From Macrostomum lignano (taxonomy: Eukaryota), in NCBI GenBank assembly GCA_002269645.1, contig NIVC01001371.1:124001-188000 (forward strand): a stretch of DNA of 64,000 bases. The letters run 5' to 3'. Under the pieces are notes generated by a model. That model was not told the DNA's origin, did not search any database, and was given only the letters and a program-made list of their open reading frames with translations. Each line of letters starts with the position of its first letter. Within the stretch, counting starts at the first letter, position 1. Both the position numbers and the translations under genes were made by a program. Positions 1 through 12,519 of the stretch are shown here, in pieces.

Positions 1-29
1 CCTCGTATCTCTTGATTGGTCCGGAGTGT

Positions 30-3000
30 CTATCCGCTCCGCTGACCGCGGCAGTACCCCGAGCCTTCCGTGACCGAGGAGTGCCTGTGCGCCCCGGGTC
101 GCATCTCTCCCTCTTCCCCTCGGAGTGGCCATCCGCCTCGAGGAGCGCCAGTCATTCGTCTTCTGTCCATCCCTCCGCCGCGCGCCCGGGGCAGGCCCTG
201 GCGCATCGATGGCGGCTTCAGCACAAATCCGCAGGCGCCGTTGCGCGAGAAATGGCCCCGGTCCAGGTCCAGGATGCGGCCAGTGGTCTGCCGGTTCAGG
301 CACACCAGCTGGCAGCCGCAGCACCAGGCGTCGCGCGGGTTCGGGTTGCTCGAATCCACCCTGGCGACGCTGGGTCGCACCTGGAATGATTGGCTTGCTG
401 ATGCCATTTATGATGCCTTACAGTATAGCGCTAGAAGCAGCAGTGCAGAGCTGTCCTTAACTAATTGCCTTTGTTAGTTAGTTTAGCTTTAGGCACTGGT
501 GCAAATTAAGGCACACACAGGCACACGCCCTGAGCACACACAGGCACACGCCCTGAGCACACACAGGCACACACCCTGAACACACCCTGAGCGCACACAG
601 GCACACACCCTGAACACACCCTGAGCGCACACAGGCACACACCCTGAACAGACACAGGCACACACTCTGAGAACACAGTGGCACACACCCTGAGCACACA
701 CAGGCAAACACTCTGACCACACACATGTACAAACCCTGAGCACACACAGGTACACACTCTGAGCACACAAAGGTACACAGGTACAGTATACAGGTACAGT
801 ATACAGGTACCCTGAGCACACACAGGTACACACCCTGAGCACACACAGGTACACACCCTGAGCACACACAGGTACACACCCTGAGCACACACAGGTACAC
901 ACCCTGAGCACACACAGGCATACACCCTGAGCACACACAGGCACAGATGTTCAGCGCCCATAACTTCTCCTTAACCTTGTTCTGACCCAGACTTATTAAG
1001 GATACCGTTTCAAATTATTTTACTAACCTGTACAATTCGTTGCCGGCTGATGGTTGCCAACTCGTCCACATCAGCCTGGGCCATGCGCTGGCTCTGCGAC
1101 TCGCTGATTGGCCAGACAAACGGATGGGTCGGCCCAGATGCTGCGGTCCGATCGACAGGGAGTCGGTGCGAAACGAATCTAACCTTACCGAATCTAAACC
1201 CTACCGAATCTCAACCCTACTGAATCTAAACCCTACCAAGTCTAAACCCAAACGAATCTAAACGCTACCGAATCTAAACCCCTCAAACGAATCTAAACCC
1301 CCTGCTGAATCTAAACCCTACCGAATCTAAACCCCTCAAACGAATCTAAACCCCCTGCCGAATCTAAAACCTACCGAATCTAAACCCCACTGAATCTAAA
1401 CCCTACCGAATCTAAACCCTACCCAACTAAACCTTACCGACACTAAACCCTGAAGCTATTTGTTACATTGAACAGCACAATCGCTCACCGCTAGTTGGCA
1501 GGTGAGCATCGAACTCCAGACGGCTAACTTCTGGCAAGGTGATCAGATCGGATAGCTCCCTGCTGAGCCTGATTTTCCGACCGTGACCGACCTAGCAAAA
1601 TTTATTTGCATCGATTTAGTTGAGATCCCGAAAATTATAGTTCAAATTGCCCAAGTATAGTTGTTGGGGCGCCAAGGTGTGGGTGTTGGGCGCCAAAGCA
1701 TGGGCACTGCTCACCGGGAACTCACCCGCTTCTTTGTCTGGTCCCTCCGTACGTCAATTCTCTCATCGTCCTCGCTGATGTAGCCATAGCCATTACTTTC
1801 CTCTCCGCTGTTGCCGCCCCCGTTTTCACCCGTTGCCATAGGCAACGCGCGGCCCTTAATGAGGACTCGGCCGCGCAGGCCGCTAGGGCTGGCAAAGGCG
1901 CCACTTGCCCGAGCCGGCAGCAGGCAGTCGCCCAGCTGATCGCGAAGGTGCTGAGCGAGCGCGGATTGTTGGGCCAGACCGCAGTGAGTCTCCAAGCCGA
2001 TGATTAGCGGCATGCTTGAGAGTTTAAGTTGTTTGGGAATCTTTGTGCATGTGCGTTCCAACTGTAGATCTAAGTCTAATGTAGGTTTTATTGCAGCGGA
2101 ACAGTTATGTACGTTTTATTCTAATGTCTACCTTTTAATTTGTGAAGCACGCTTCCTCATTTCAATATTTTATAAGTGTACATTCCAATCCACATCTATG
2201 CACAGTTTACTGCAATGTATCATACGAGCTACATTCCATATCTGTACATGTATAATGTACGCGTCATTCCGGTACGCATTCAAGAGTCTAATGTACTGGT
2301 AAATTTTATTCGAAAGTAAATTCGATTTGTCGGATTTCCATCCTCCAAATCCTCCAAGCTCAGTGACGCTTCGCTGTCTTCTCTATGGCTCGGCACTCCG
2401 GAAGCTTGGCGCCATCGACGCTTGCCAGCCCAACGCCTACGCCGAAGCCTGCCGCATCCTCCTGGCCAACTACGCCGATGCCCAGGAGCAGAAAAACTTC
2501 TCCTTCCAGCGCCTTTTCGCTCTCCACTGCAGCTCCGCCTCCGACCCGGACGAGCTCGAGAATTTCACCGACGCCCTCCTTCTCGCCACCGGCCAGCTAC
2601 TCCGCCTAGGTAAGCTTGCCTGCACCCTCGACAGCCACGTCTACGCACTCTGGAACCGCCACAAGCCCGCAGCACCGGCAATCGCCTATCGTCGGGCGCC
2701 GTAGTTTAGTTTCACTGCCAGCAAAGAGCCCAGGAGTTCTTGTCCCTATAGTGACGTCAGTCAGCTTCTTATCGGCCCTAACGTACCCGCACTAGCGCTT
2801 CGATCGACTCTCATAGCCTGCCTGACACCTTTCGGCGCCATCCTCAACGGCTGCCTCGGCTCCTCGCAAGTGGTCACTACGAACACTTTCCTTAACAAGA
2901 ATGGGCTTCACCTCGACCGACTCCTGTGCAGCATGTCCAACCTCGAAGCTCTCGGCATAGCAAAGGATGCTGGAAAGCCTGAACCCAAGAATGACAGACT

Positions 3001-6000
3001 TACTGAGCGCCTGCTCGACTCCATTACGCGCGATACTGACGGTCGAATCTCGGTCGACCTGCCTAAGTCTCCCGGAGCGAGAAGCCTACTACGTAGAGTT
3101 CGAAAAGTGAAAGTCGAAGTTTTAGAGCGAGTCAACCTCAGAAGAGACAGTGGGCAGATCCTTCACGTCCAACCGCACTTCCCTGTCATCATCAAAAGTG
3201 AGCCGAATTCTGTAGCTGCACCCAGACCCAGACAATAACTAATAGAAGAACAAGCGGTTAGTGGGGAAGGAATCAGAAGAGAAGTAGGGGTTGAACCTGT
3301 ATTTCATACTAAATGGCAAACAGGGTAGCTGAAATGCCTGTGGCAAATTAACGGTTGTGATAGTCTGCGGGAAAAGCGTGGTAGACGAAGGGAGTCGGCT
3401 AACTCAAAAGTACGAGGCTGTATTGGAAAACAGAAAGTACAAATATTTGGAGGATGGAAATCCGACACGAATCTATATGGAGTTTCACTTCTATGACATT
3501 AGAGTACGTTTCTAGATATATGGATTGATATTTGTGACTCATGCCTTCTCGAATCATAATTTGTTAAAATCCGTATGTCATATGGTACTTTTAGTACTTT
3601 GGTTAGTTTTTGATTACTACAAGCGTAGTAAGCTTTTCTATTTGTTCTAATAAAGACTATATGAGTAAGACAGTAAATAGGATTTACTCGTAAACGAAAA
3701 AGCCCATAAACGCAATTCGTTATTCATGCCGAAGGATAATCTATATACGCTGGTATTGGTTTTGTCAGCCTAACTGAGAATAAAGCCACCCAAAATGAGA
3801 ATCCTGCCTACGCTGACTGCGAAGGGCCTGGCTGCGTGCAGCCTTAGTCTATGGGCCATAGACTATAAAGGATAAGCAAAGTGATAAACAGCCATCTAAT
3901 GTGAGAATCCTGCCTACGCTGAATACGAAGGGCCTAGCTGCGTCCAGCCTAGTCTATGAGCCATAGACTATAAAGGATAAGCTAGGATTGGCTAGTCATA
4001 TGGCTCAGAAGCTCAGAAGGTATAAAAATAAAAGAATACGACGCATAGACCAATCGATTCTCACATTGGATGGCTTTTTATCACTTTGCTTATCCTTTAT
4101 AGTCTATGGCCCATAAACTAAGGCTGCACGCAGCCAGGCCCTTCGCAATCAGCGTAGGCAGGATTCTCACTTTGGATGGCTTTATTCTCAGTTAGGCTGA
4201 CAAAACCAATACTAATTTAAACGAATATTGAAGCAACTCGCCCAGATATATGTGATATATCTAAACCCTAGATTGCAGATATTGTTTTAAAAAAGCAAAT
4301 TGAATAGCTACAGAAATTGAAGACAATCATTCAATAGAATGAACAGATTCAGATGAGGCTCAGCAAACGAAGTCTCTTTCAATTGCAGTGAAGAATAAAT
4401 AAATTTGAATGATGAATACAGCTGGTCCATCTATTGCTCTCTTTTCTTCTTTTTAGTTCAACATTGTTACAAGTGCATTGCACCCATGGTAAAATGGAAA
4501 GTCTATACTTATATTTAAACTCTTTTGTTTAAATTTAAAGCAGCTTTTCTCACTCACGAACTTAAATAGAAAGGACTGGATATGGACTTTGTTTTTTTCT
4601 AATTGACGAAAATAAATCGCATAAGCATACACTAGCTAAGTATTTTCGATAAAGTGAATTTTCCCTATTTTTAAACAAAAAACCGGTATACTTACGTCTT
4701 AGATAGTGTATTTCTATTTGTTTATAACTTAATAGCCCTGAATAATTTGGTGTAACCTAATATAATGCATTGAAATAGAACGGTATAATAAGTATAATGT
4801 TTTTACATCATAGTATAATAATATTTAAAAGATTTATGAGCAATATAACAATCCCAAAGAATCTGAATTAATCCCAGAGATAAGAAATCATCACTCACTC
4901 TGTACCGTGGAAAGCGTACTGTCGAATAGTGCTCAGAGCATCCACAGCCAGAATCTTGCTAGTGAGCGTGCGGCCGTGATACACCACTGGCTGGCCGTCC
5001 GGTCCGTCCCAGACTTCCACTGAAGGCGGACACATGGGTGAGGGGTTGGGTGCTTGGTGATGGGTTAGCTATATAGTGTTAAAAAGGAAGTGAACTAAAC
5101 TAATGTTGGACTTTAGGCAGAAGGGTGATAAGCACTGGCGAACACATCAAGGTTATTGGAGCAGTCCCCTAGAGCGTCAAAAGAATATTTTATGGACAAC
5201 TGACGTAAGCTAGGGCGCCACACCCAATTTTCTTAGAAATCGCTAGCGCTTTTAATACTCTATCGACCGAATTTGTCTATGGCAAGACCCCATTCAGCGC
5301 TATGCGTTCTCTAGAGCATACTACAGCGGATGATCCATAATCCTCCGTGTTTGATGTTCCACACGAGTCGTTTTATTGAAGTCAGAGTGAGAGGCGAGAC
5401 AGAGTTAAAAAGGCCACGCAGCTCCTTTTGAAATTGGATAGGGGTAGCTGGAATTGAAGGATACAGCTAGAGGCTTAAAACAATGTACTTTTAGCTAATC
5501 CCAGTGCCCTCAAGGATCTAAGCACAGCACAAGACAATAAGTGCTGGAAAGTGTACATACAACTGCTCTCACTCACACTCAATATATCGAATTCGGTCTT
5601 TCAGAGCTCGCTCGTAGCACTCGCAGCTGGATTCGCTTCTCAGCTGATCGCCGGTCAGAAATCTGGAAATATTGAAACTGACTAATTTTTGTCCCCACCT
5701 GTCCAGATTCTGGTTTTTAGATGGTGTCTAGAAATAGACGTTTAGATGTGCACCGTAACAGGCAAATGTTTTCTATTTTTAGTTTCAGCTATTTCTGACA
5801 TTCCCAAATTCCCAGATGCAAAACTTGTCATATCAATTTACATGTTTGCCAATTCCAAAAGAATACCATATCGATAAAAGTAGTTAGATCGATATTCACT
5901 GGAGGGCTGTAGGCCCCCTGGTGCAACGCCTTCCAATGCACAACCAGCGCTGGCTCCTGAGCACACAAGCTCGCCAATGCTGTACTCAGGCACGCACTCA

Positions 6001-9000
6001 TACACACGCTCACACAGGGTGTACAGCGGCCCTGACTGTCTAATCGTCAGACATGTACACTCTCTGTGCCTGGAGTCGATGAGAATTCTATCTGGGTTGC
6101 TCACGTTTTGTGAGACGCGCTGATGAAGTAGTGCGCTAGAGGCTGATCCATGTCCTGGCAGACTCTGCGATGCTCGGGGTCCATGATGTCGCAGTGGTCA
6201 GACTGCAGGTAGGCAGTGAAACCTGGTGAGGTTTTTATTACTTTTTAATTAGCTAATTATGAACTAAGACATGCTTTAACAGCTTCTCTAGTAATTTTTT
6301 ACTAATTAGTCCTATCGAAATCCCACAATCGCAGATCTAGTCCCGTTGAAATCCAATAATTACAAATCCAATCCAATCAAAATCCCTTTACACCAATAAA
6401 ATCCCATAGAATCCCAGTCCTCATTGAGCACTGTTCTCACTCACCGTCGAGTCCCAGCTGACCGCAGCGCCTGCCCTCGGCAGACGGCTCAAACTGGTTG
6501 ATCAGCTCAGCGCACTGCTCCTTGGTGATTTTCGGATTCTGGGTCAAGGCAATTGGCGGCAAGTCAGGTGACTATTTGCGATGCAAGAACAACAAGTACA
6601 AAATACACCATCTAGCGTAGGGGTCGGCAAATTGTCTTACTTCAAGAGCCAGACAGAGAACCTAGCCCATGACTGCGAGAATGGGGAGGGAAGAGAGGAG
6701 AGAGATGAGAGATAGGAGAAAGGAGAGGCGAGGGGCGAGAGGTGAGGCGAAAAGAGAGGAGAGGAGATATGAAACAGGGGAAGAGAGGGGAGAGAAGGGA
6801 TAAGAGAATGGAGAGGAGAGAAGAGAGGACGAGAGGAGAGGAGAGGAGAGGCGAGTAGAGGTGAGGAGAGGAGAGGAGAGGAGAAGAGAGGAGAGGAGAG
6901 GAGAGGAGAGGAGAGAAGAGAAGAGGAGAGGAGATTAGAGGAGAGGAGAGGAGAGGAGAGGAGAGGAGAGGAGAGGAGAGGAGAGGAGAGGAGAGGAGAG
7001 GAGAGGAGAGGAGAGAGGAGAGGAGAGGAGAGGAGAGGAGAGGAGAGGAGAGGAGAGGAGAGGAGAGGAGAGGAGAGGAGAGGAGAGGAGAGGAGAGGAG
7101 AAGAGAGGAGAGTAGAGGAGAGGAGAGGAGAGAAGAGAAGAGAGGACGAGAGGAGAGGAGAGGAGAGGAGAAGAGAAGAGAGGAGAGAGAAGAGAAAAAG
7201 AGAGAGATAATATTAGAGAGAACAGAGCTGGGAAGAGACAAACCTTGAGCAGGCCGGACTGCTATTGCGAAGTTTCGAAGGACCCGAGGGCCGGACAGAG
7301 ACTTTACGGACCGCATGTGGCCCGTGGTCATTTTCTGACCTTTCTTATATTTTTTACTTTAAGTGAACACGAAGTCAGAAATTAACGTGGTGCATATTAT
7401 AACATCTAAACTTTCCTGTTCTCAAAATGGTTCGGCCCTATTGGATTCAATTTTGGGTTACAATAAACTCCTTAATCCCCATCATCGCCGTATCATCTCA
7501 CCCCCTGCTCTGCCTCGATGAAGCTGTGCAGATCGCCCACTGACAGGCAATCGCCATCTGATGAGTATCTGCGGGCAGGCAGTCGATGGATTCTGTCAGT
7601 CAGGGACGCCTAGAAAAGCTAGAAATCTGGATTAGAAACAGAGCTCTGACTTCACGTGGGTCAATTTTTTCATAATGAATTTATTTAGAAATTTGAAAAA
7701 AATACAATTCATAGAAATATTCAGTAATTATATAGAAAATTTTTTCTGAAGCCTCGAGAATATTTGATTTTTCATCACTATTATTTGAGAACTTTGTAAG
7801 GGTGCCGGTGCAGCTGACGGGAGCTAGATGATGAAGCTTATCGCAAGATGAGATCGGTGAGGCTGGAATTATCCCGCGGGAGTCCCACAATACAGATCCG
7901 GATCGAGAGATTTGGGGGTGGTTTGCGCAGCTGGGATGTGCTCAAGGCCGGTGCACAGCCCACCTGTTGATCAGGGCGCTCACGCGATGCTTAGTCAACA
8001 CAGGTGATACCTGCTGGCCGACTGCGATTTAAGAAATTCTCTTTGACAATTCTCTCTGCCGACAGGGATGTGAATTTTTATCAGTAAAAGTTCTGCTCAA
8101 ATTTTGCCATTATGAACTCAATTTCGGCCTTTAAACTGAGCTTTTGTGTGCTATGCTATGTTGCCAATATTTTTATTGTATAAACTATGGGAAAGTGCTT
8201 GTAGCTAGGGAAGTGTTTTGCAGATATGGGGGAGTGGATTGCAGATATTGGGCAGCTGATTGCAGATATTAGACAGCTGATTGCAGATATTGGGCAGCTG
8301 ATTGCAGATATGGGGGAGTGGATTGCAGATATGGGGGAGCGGATTGCAGATATTGGGCAGCTGATTGCAGATATGGGGGAGCGGATTGCAGATATTGGGC
8401 AGCTGATTGCAGATATTGGGCAGCTGATTGTAGATATTAGACAGCTGATTGCAGATATTGGGCAGCTGATTGCAGATATGGGGGAGTGGATTGCAGATAT
8501 GGGGGAGCGGATTGCAGATATTGGGCAGCTGATTGCAGATATGGGGGAGCGGATTGCAGATATTGGGCAGCTGATTGCAGATATGGGGGAGCGGATTGCA
8601 GATATGGGGGAGCGGATTGCAGATATGGGGCAGCTGATTGCAGATATGGGGGAGCGGATTGCAGATATTGGGCAGCTGATTGCAGATATTGGGCAGCTGA
8701 TTGCAGATATGGGGGAGCGGATTGCAGATATTGGGCAGCTGATTGCAGATATTGGCATCGGACTGCAGCCCAACCTGACTAGCAGGAAGTAGATCTCGGG
8801 CCTGGTGGAAATCTCCTTGAAGAGGCTCGCGAACTCGGCGCTGTTCAGCCGGCCGGGCGATGCCACGGGATTCAGCAGGTCCGCCTCCTGCAGTTTGCAT
8901 GAGAAGGGCTCGCACCGTTTTTACAATTTGAGGACAAGATTATTGTAAAGCATCCTTAACGCAATTGCAAACCTTTAGTTTTGTCCGAATTCGAATGGAG

Positions 9001-12000
9001 TTCACGCCGGAGTTGAATTTCTTCACCAGCTGGATTGCCTCCCGCTCGTCCAGGAGGCCTTCGCTGTCTGGGGAGGCCGCTGAGAACAGCTCCTCCAGCC
9101 AGCTGCGGGGGATTTACAGGTAGTTATATGAACTGACCCCTATCTTCTCTTAGAAGTCATGATTTTGTGTCTAATGCGATTAAGGGTCAACTGACTCCGG
9201 CCTTCTTACCAAAATCTGCCATAGAGTCTGACGATACTAGGGGGTCAACTGACCCCTGACTTCTATCAAGGGTTGAGGATACTACGGAGGTCAACTGACC
9301 CCTGACTTCTATGAAGGGCTGAGGATACTAGGGGGGGTCAACTGACCCCTGATTTCTATGAAGGGCTGAGGATACTAGGGGGGGGGGGTCAACTGACCCC
9401 TGATTTCTATGAAGGGCTGAGGATACTAGGGGAGGGGTCAACTAACCCCTGACTTCTATGAAGGGTTGAGGATACTAGGGGAGGGGTCAACTGACCCCTG
9501 ACTTCTATGAAGGGTTGAGGATACTACTGGGGAGTGACCCCTGACTTCTATGAAGGGCTGAGGATACTAGGGCGGGGGTCAACTGACCCCTGACTTCTAT
9601 GAAGTGTTGAGGATACTACGGGGGAGTCAACTGACCCCTGACTTCTATGAAGGGTTGGGGATACTACGGGGGAGTCAACTGACCCCTGACTTCTATGAAG
9701 GGTTGGGGATACTACGGGGGAGTCAACTGACCCCTGACTTCTATAAAGGGTTGATGATACTACGGGGGAGTGAACTGACCCCTGACTTCTATGAAGGGTT
9801 GAGGATACTACGGGGGAGTCAACTGACCCCTGACTTTTATAAAGGTCTGAGGATACTAGGGGGGTTAACTGACCTCTGACTTCTATACGAGCGTAAAAGT
9901 CTGCTTTAAAGGCTGGGGTGATCAAGTGGGGGGTCAATTGACCTCTGGATACTGTGGAAGTATCTGTATTTTGTCCTATCCCAATATACATGTACTGCAA
10001 ATCAAATACGAGCTATGTCTGCATTGGTATCTGAGAACACTAAGGAGAGGTCAATTGAACCATTATGAATACATGTAAAAGTCTATTTTAGCATTAAAGA
10101 AAACAAAGGAGGTCAACTGACCCCCTGATTTCTAGATTTCTATGAAAGGTACACCGTAGTATCTGGCGATAGTAGGGAGGTACAACTGCCTCAACTGACT
10201 CCTATGATGTCTACAGCTACATCAAAGGTCAGCGGAATCTGGAAGACCCCTTGAAACATTGTAGAAAGTTGAAGAGCTCTTACCGGTCCCGCATGAGCTG
10301 CGGCCTGTCGTGTCCCGCTTCGCCAGTAGCATCTGGGTGCAATATTAAAGATAGGTAATCATTGATTGTGCACAGAGCACTCTAAGCACATATAAGTCAT
10401 CACCCCTCAGATTACTCAAGTTATCACCCCTCAGATTACTCCCTCCAACCAACGCCTCTGACGCCCTTCCCGATCAGATCGCACCTTTCTGGCCATTGAT
10501 GAGGCAGCCCAGGCCGGTGACCCACACGCTGGCAGCGTCCACCAATGCCGTCACCAGGTCGATGCAGCGCTGCTTGGGTTTCGACGTGCCGCCGCCGATT
10601 CTGCCCGAAGTCTCAATCACGATGGTGAAGGCGCAGTCAGGCGACTGCGTGGCGGCGACGCTGCTCCCGCGAAGTGCCGCCGTAGTCCGACCACGGCGGA
10701 CTTCTTTGAGATCGGCGACTGACACTGAGTGATTCAGTGAGGGTGGGGTTGGGGGTGGACAGAAGGGGTCTGGGACTAACGAGCTTAAACTTTGATTATC
10801 GCGTGACCCCAACGATGCGAAAACCTTCAGCTCTATGGGAATTGGAAATGCACTTGAGCGTGATGCCAACTTTTTAAACCTTCTTCGCACTGGTTATCAA
10901 ATTCTTCTCAATTCTGGAATTCCTCAGGTTATTTGAATCTAAAATGTATTTGGTAAAAAAGTAGCCTTTCAAAAGTTAGGGTTTTAGACTTTTTACTGGC
11001 AGTGTCTTTTGACTGACAGTGTCTTTTGACTGGCAGTGTCTTTTGACTGGCAGTGTCTTTTGACTGGCAGTGTCTTTTGACTGGCAGTGTCTTTTGACTG
11101 GCAGTGTCTTTTGACTCCCGGTGTCTTTTGACTGGCAGTGTCTTTTGACTGGCAGTGTCTTTTGACTCCCGGTGTCTTTTGACTGGCAGTGTCTTTTGAC
11201 TGGCAGTGTCTTTTGACTGGCAGTGTCTTTTGACTGGCAGTGTCTTTTGACTGGCAGTGACTTTTGATTGCCAGTTGCGGACTGCCGACGATTTAAGGTT
11301 AGGGTTTAGGTGGGTTAGGGTTTAGGTGGGTTAGGGTTTAGGTGGGTTAGGGTTTATGTGGGTTAGGGTTTAGGTGGGTTAGGGTTTAGGTGGGTTAGGG
11401 TTTAGGTGGGTTAGGGTTTAGGTGGGTTAGGGTTTAGGTGGGTTAGGGTTTATGTGGGTTAGGGTTTAGGTGGGTTAGGGTTTAGGTGGGTTAGAGTTTA
11501 GGTGGGTTAGGGTTTAGGTGGGTTAGGGTTTAGGTGGGTTAGGGTTTAGGTGGGTTAGGGTTTAGGTGGGTTAGGGTTTAGGTGGGTTAGGGTTTAGGTT
11601 AGGGTTTAGGTGGGTTAGGGTTTAGGTGGATTAGGGTTTAGGTTAGGGTCGGCAGTCGAATTGTGTCAGTCAAAAGTCGCAGGCCTAAATAATTGATCGA
11701 TTTTGGTTTTAAGCAAAGTACAAATGGAGACTGCCAAGAGATAGATGACAACTCAATAGAAATTAAAGCTCCATTAAAACTGGTCTGGAAGATTCCATTA
11801 AGGTACAGAATTGAAAGACGAAATAAAAATAGGAAGAGTATAAAGAAGTCAAATGCAGCTCAAACACTCGGGAATTTTTTTTCTGATCGACAGCTCATAT
11901 AGCTTAGCCACTCGCTTTCTCAGATCCTCTGTCCGAGCAGTTGACATTGGGATGAAAGCGGATCAATTTAAGCCCAAAAAATCCACCCAGCCAGCCCTAA

Positions 12001-12460
12001 AGACAGCTTAACAAGCTAGAGGTAATTCTTTTACCCGAAATCCGGCTTACCTGAGCCCCAAGGATTAATTAACTTTCACCTGAAGGGAGAATATTTATAA
12101 CAAAGTCAGTGAGTGACAGGTTAAGGCAAAAGTTTCGACTAAGAAGATTAACTCAGAGGACTATTCGCTAGCCTACTAATGGTCGCTCCAGAGAAAATTA
12201 TTTGCTTTTTGCCAGGCTGTCTCGACCCTCCCGTATCGAACGGCTGCCCCCATCAGGTTGAGGAAAATATTATACTGACTATTCAACTGTAAGCATCAAA
12301 AAGAGGGAGCCGAATCAGTCCTCCGGGCTGCTCGGGTTTCTTATCGTCTTTTTGGGCGGGGTTTCCTCCACACACACACACACACACACACAAAATAGGG
12401 GATTGGGGAATAGGTATTCTGAGTTACCCAAACCCGCCACCCGCGAGTATCTACAGTGTG

Positions 12461-12519
<59 letters not shown>

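Noticed and set aside
11305-11645. True telomere or chromosome end
   Set aside because: The unit is a 16-bp variant, internal to a PLCL intron and flanked by unique sequence on both sides.
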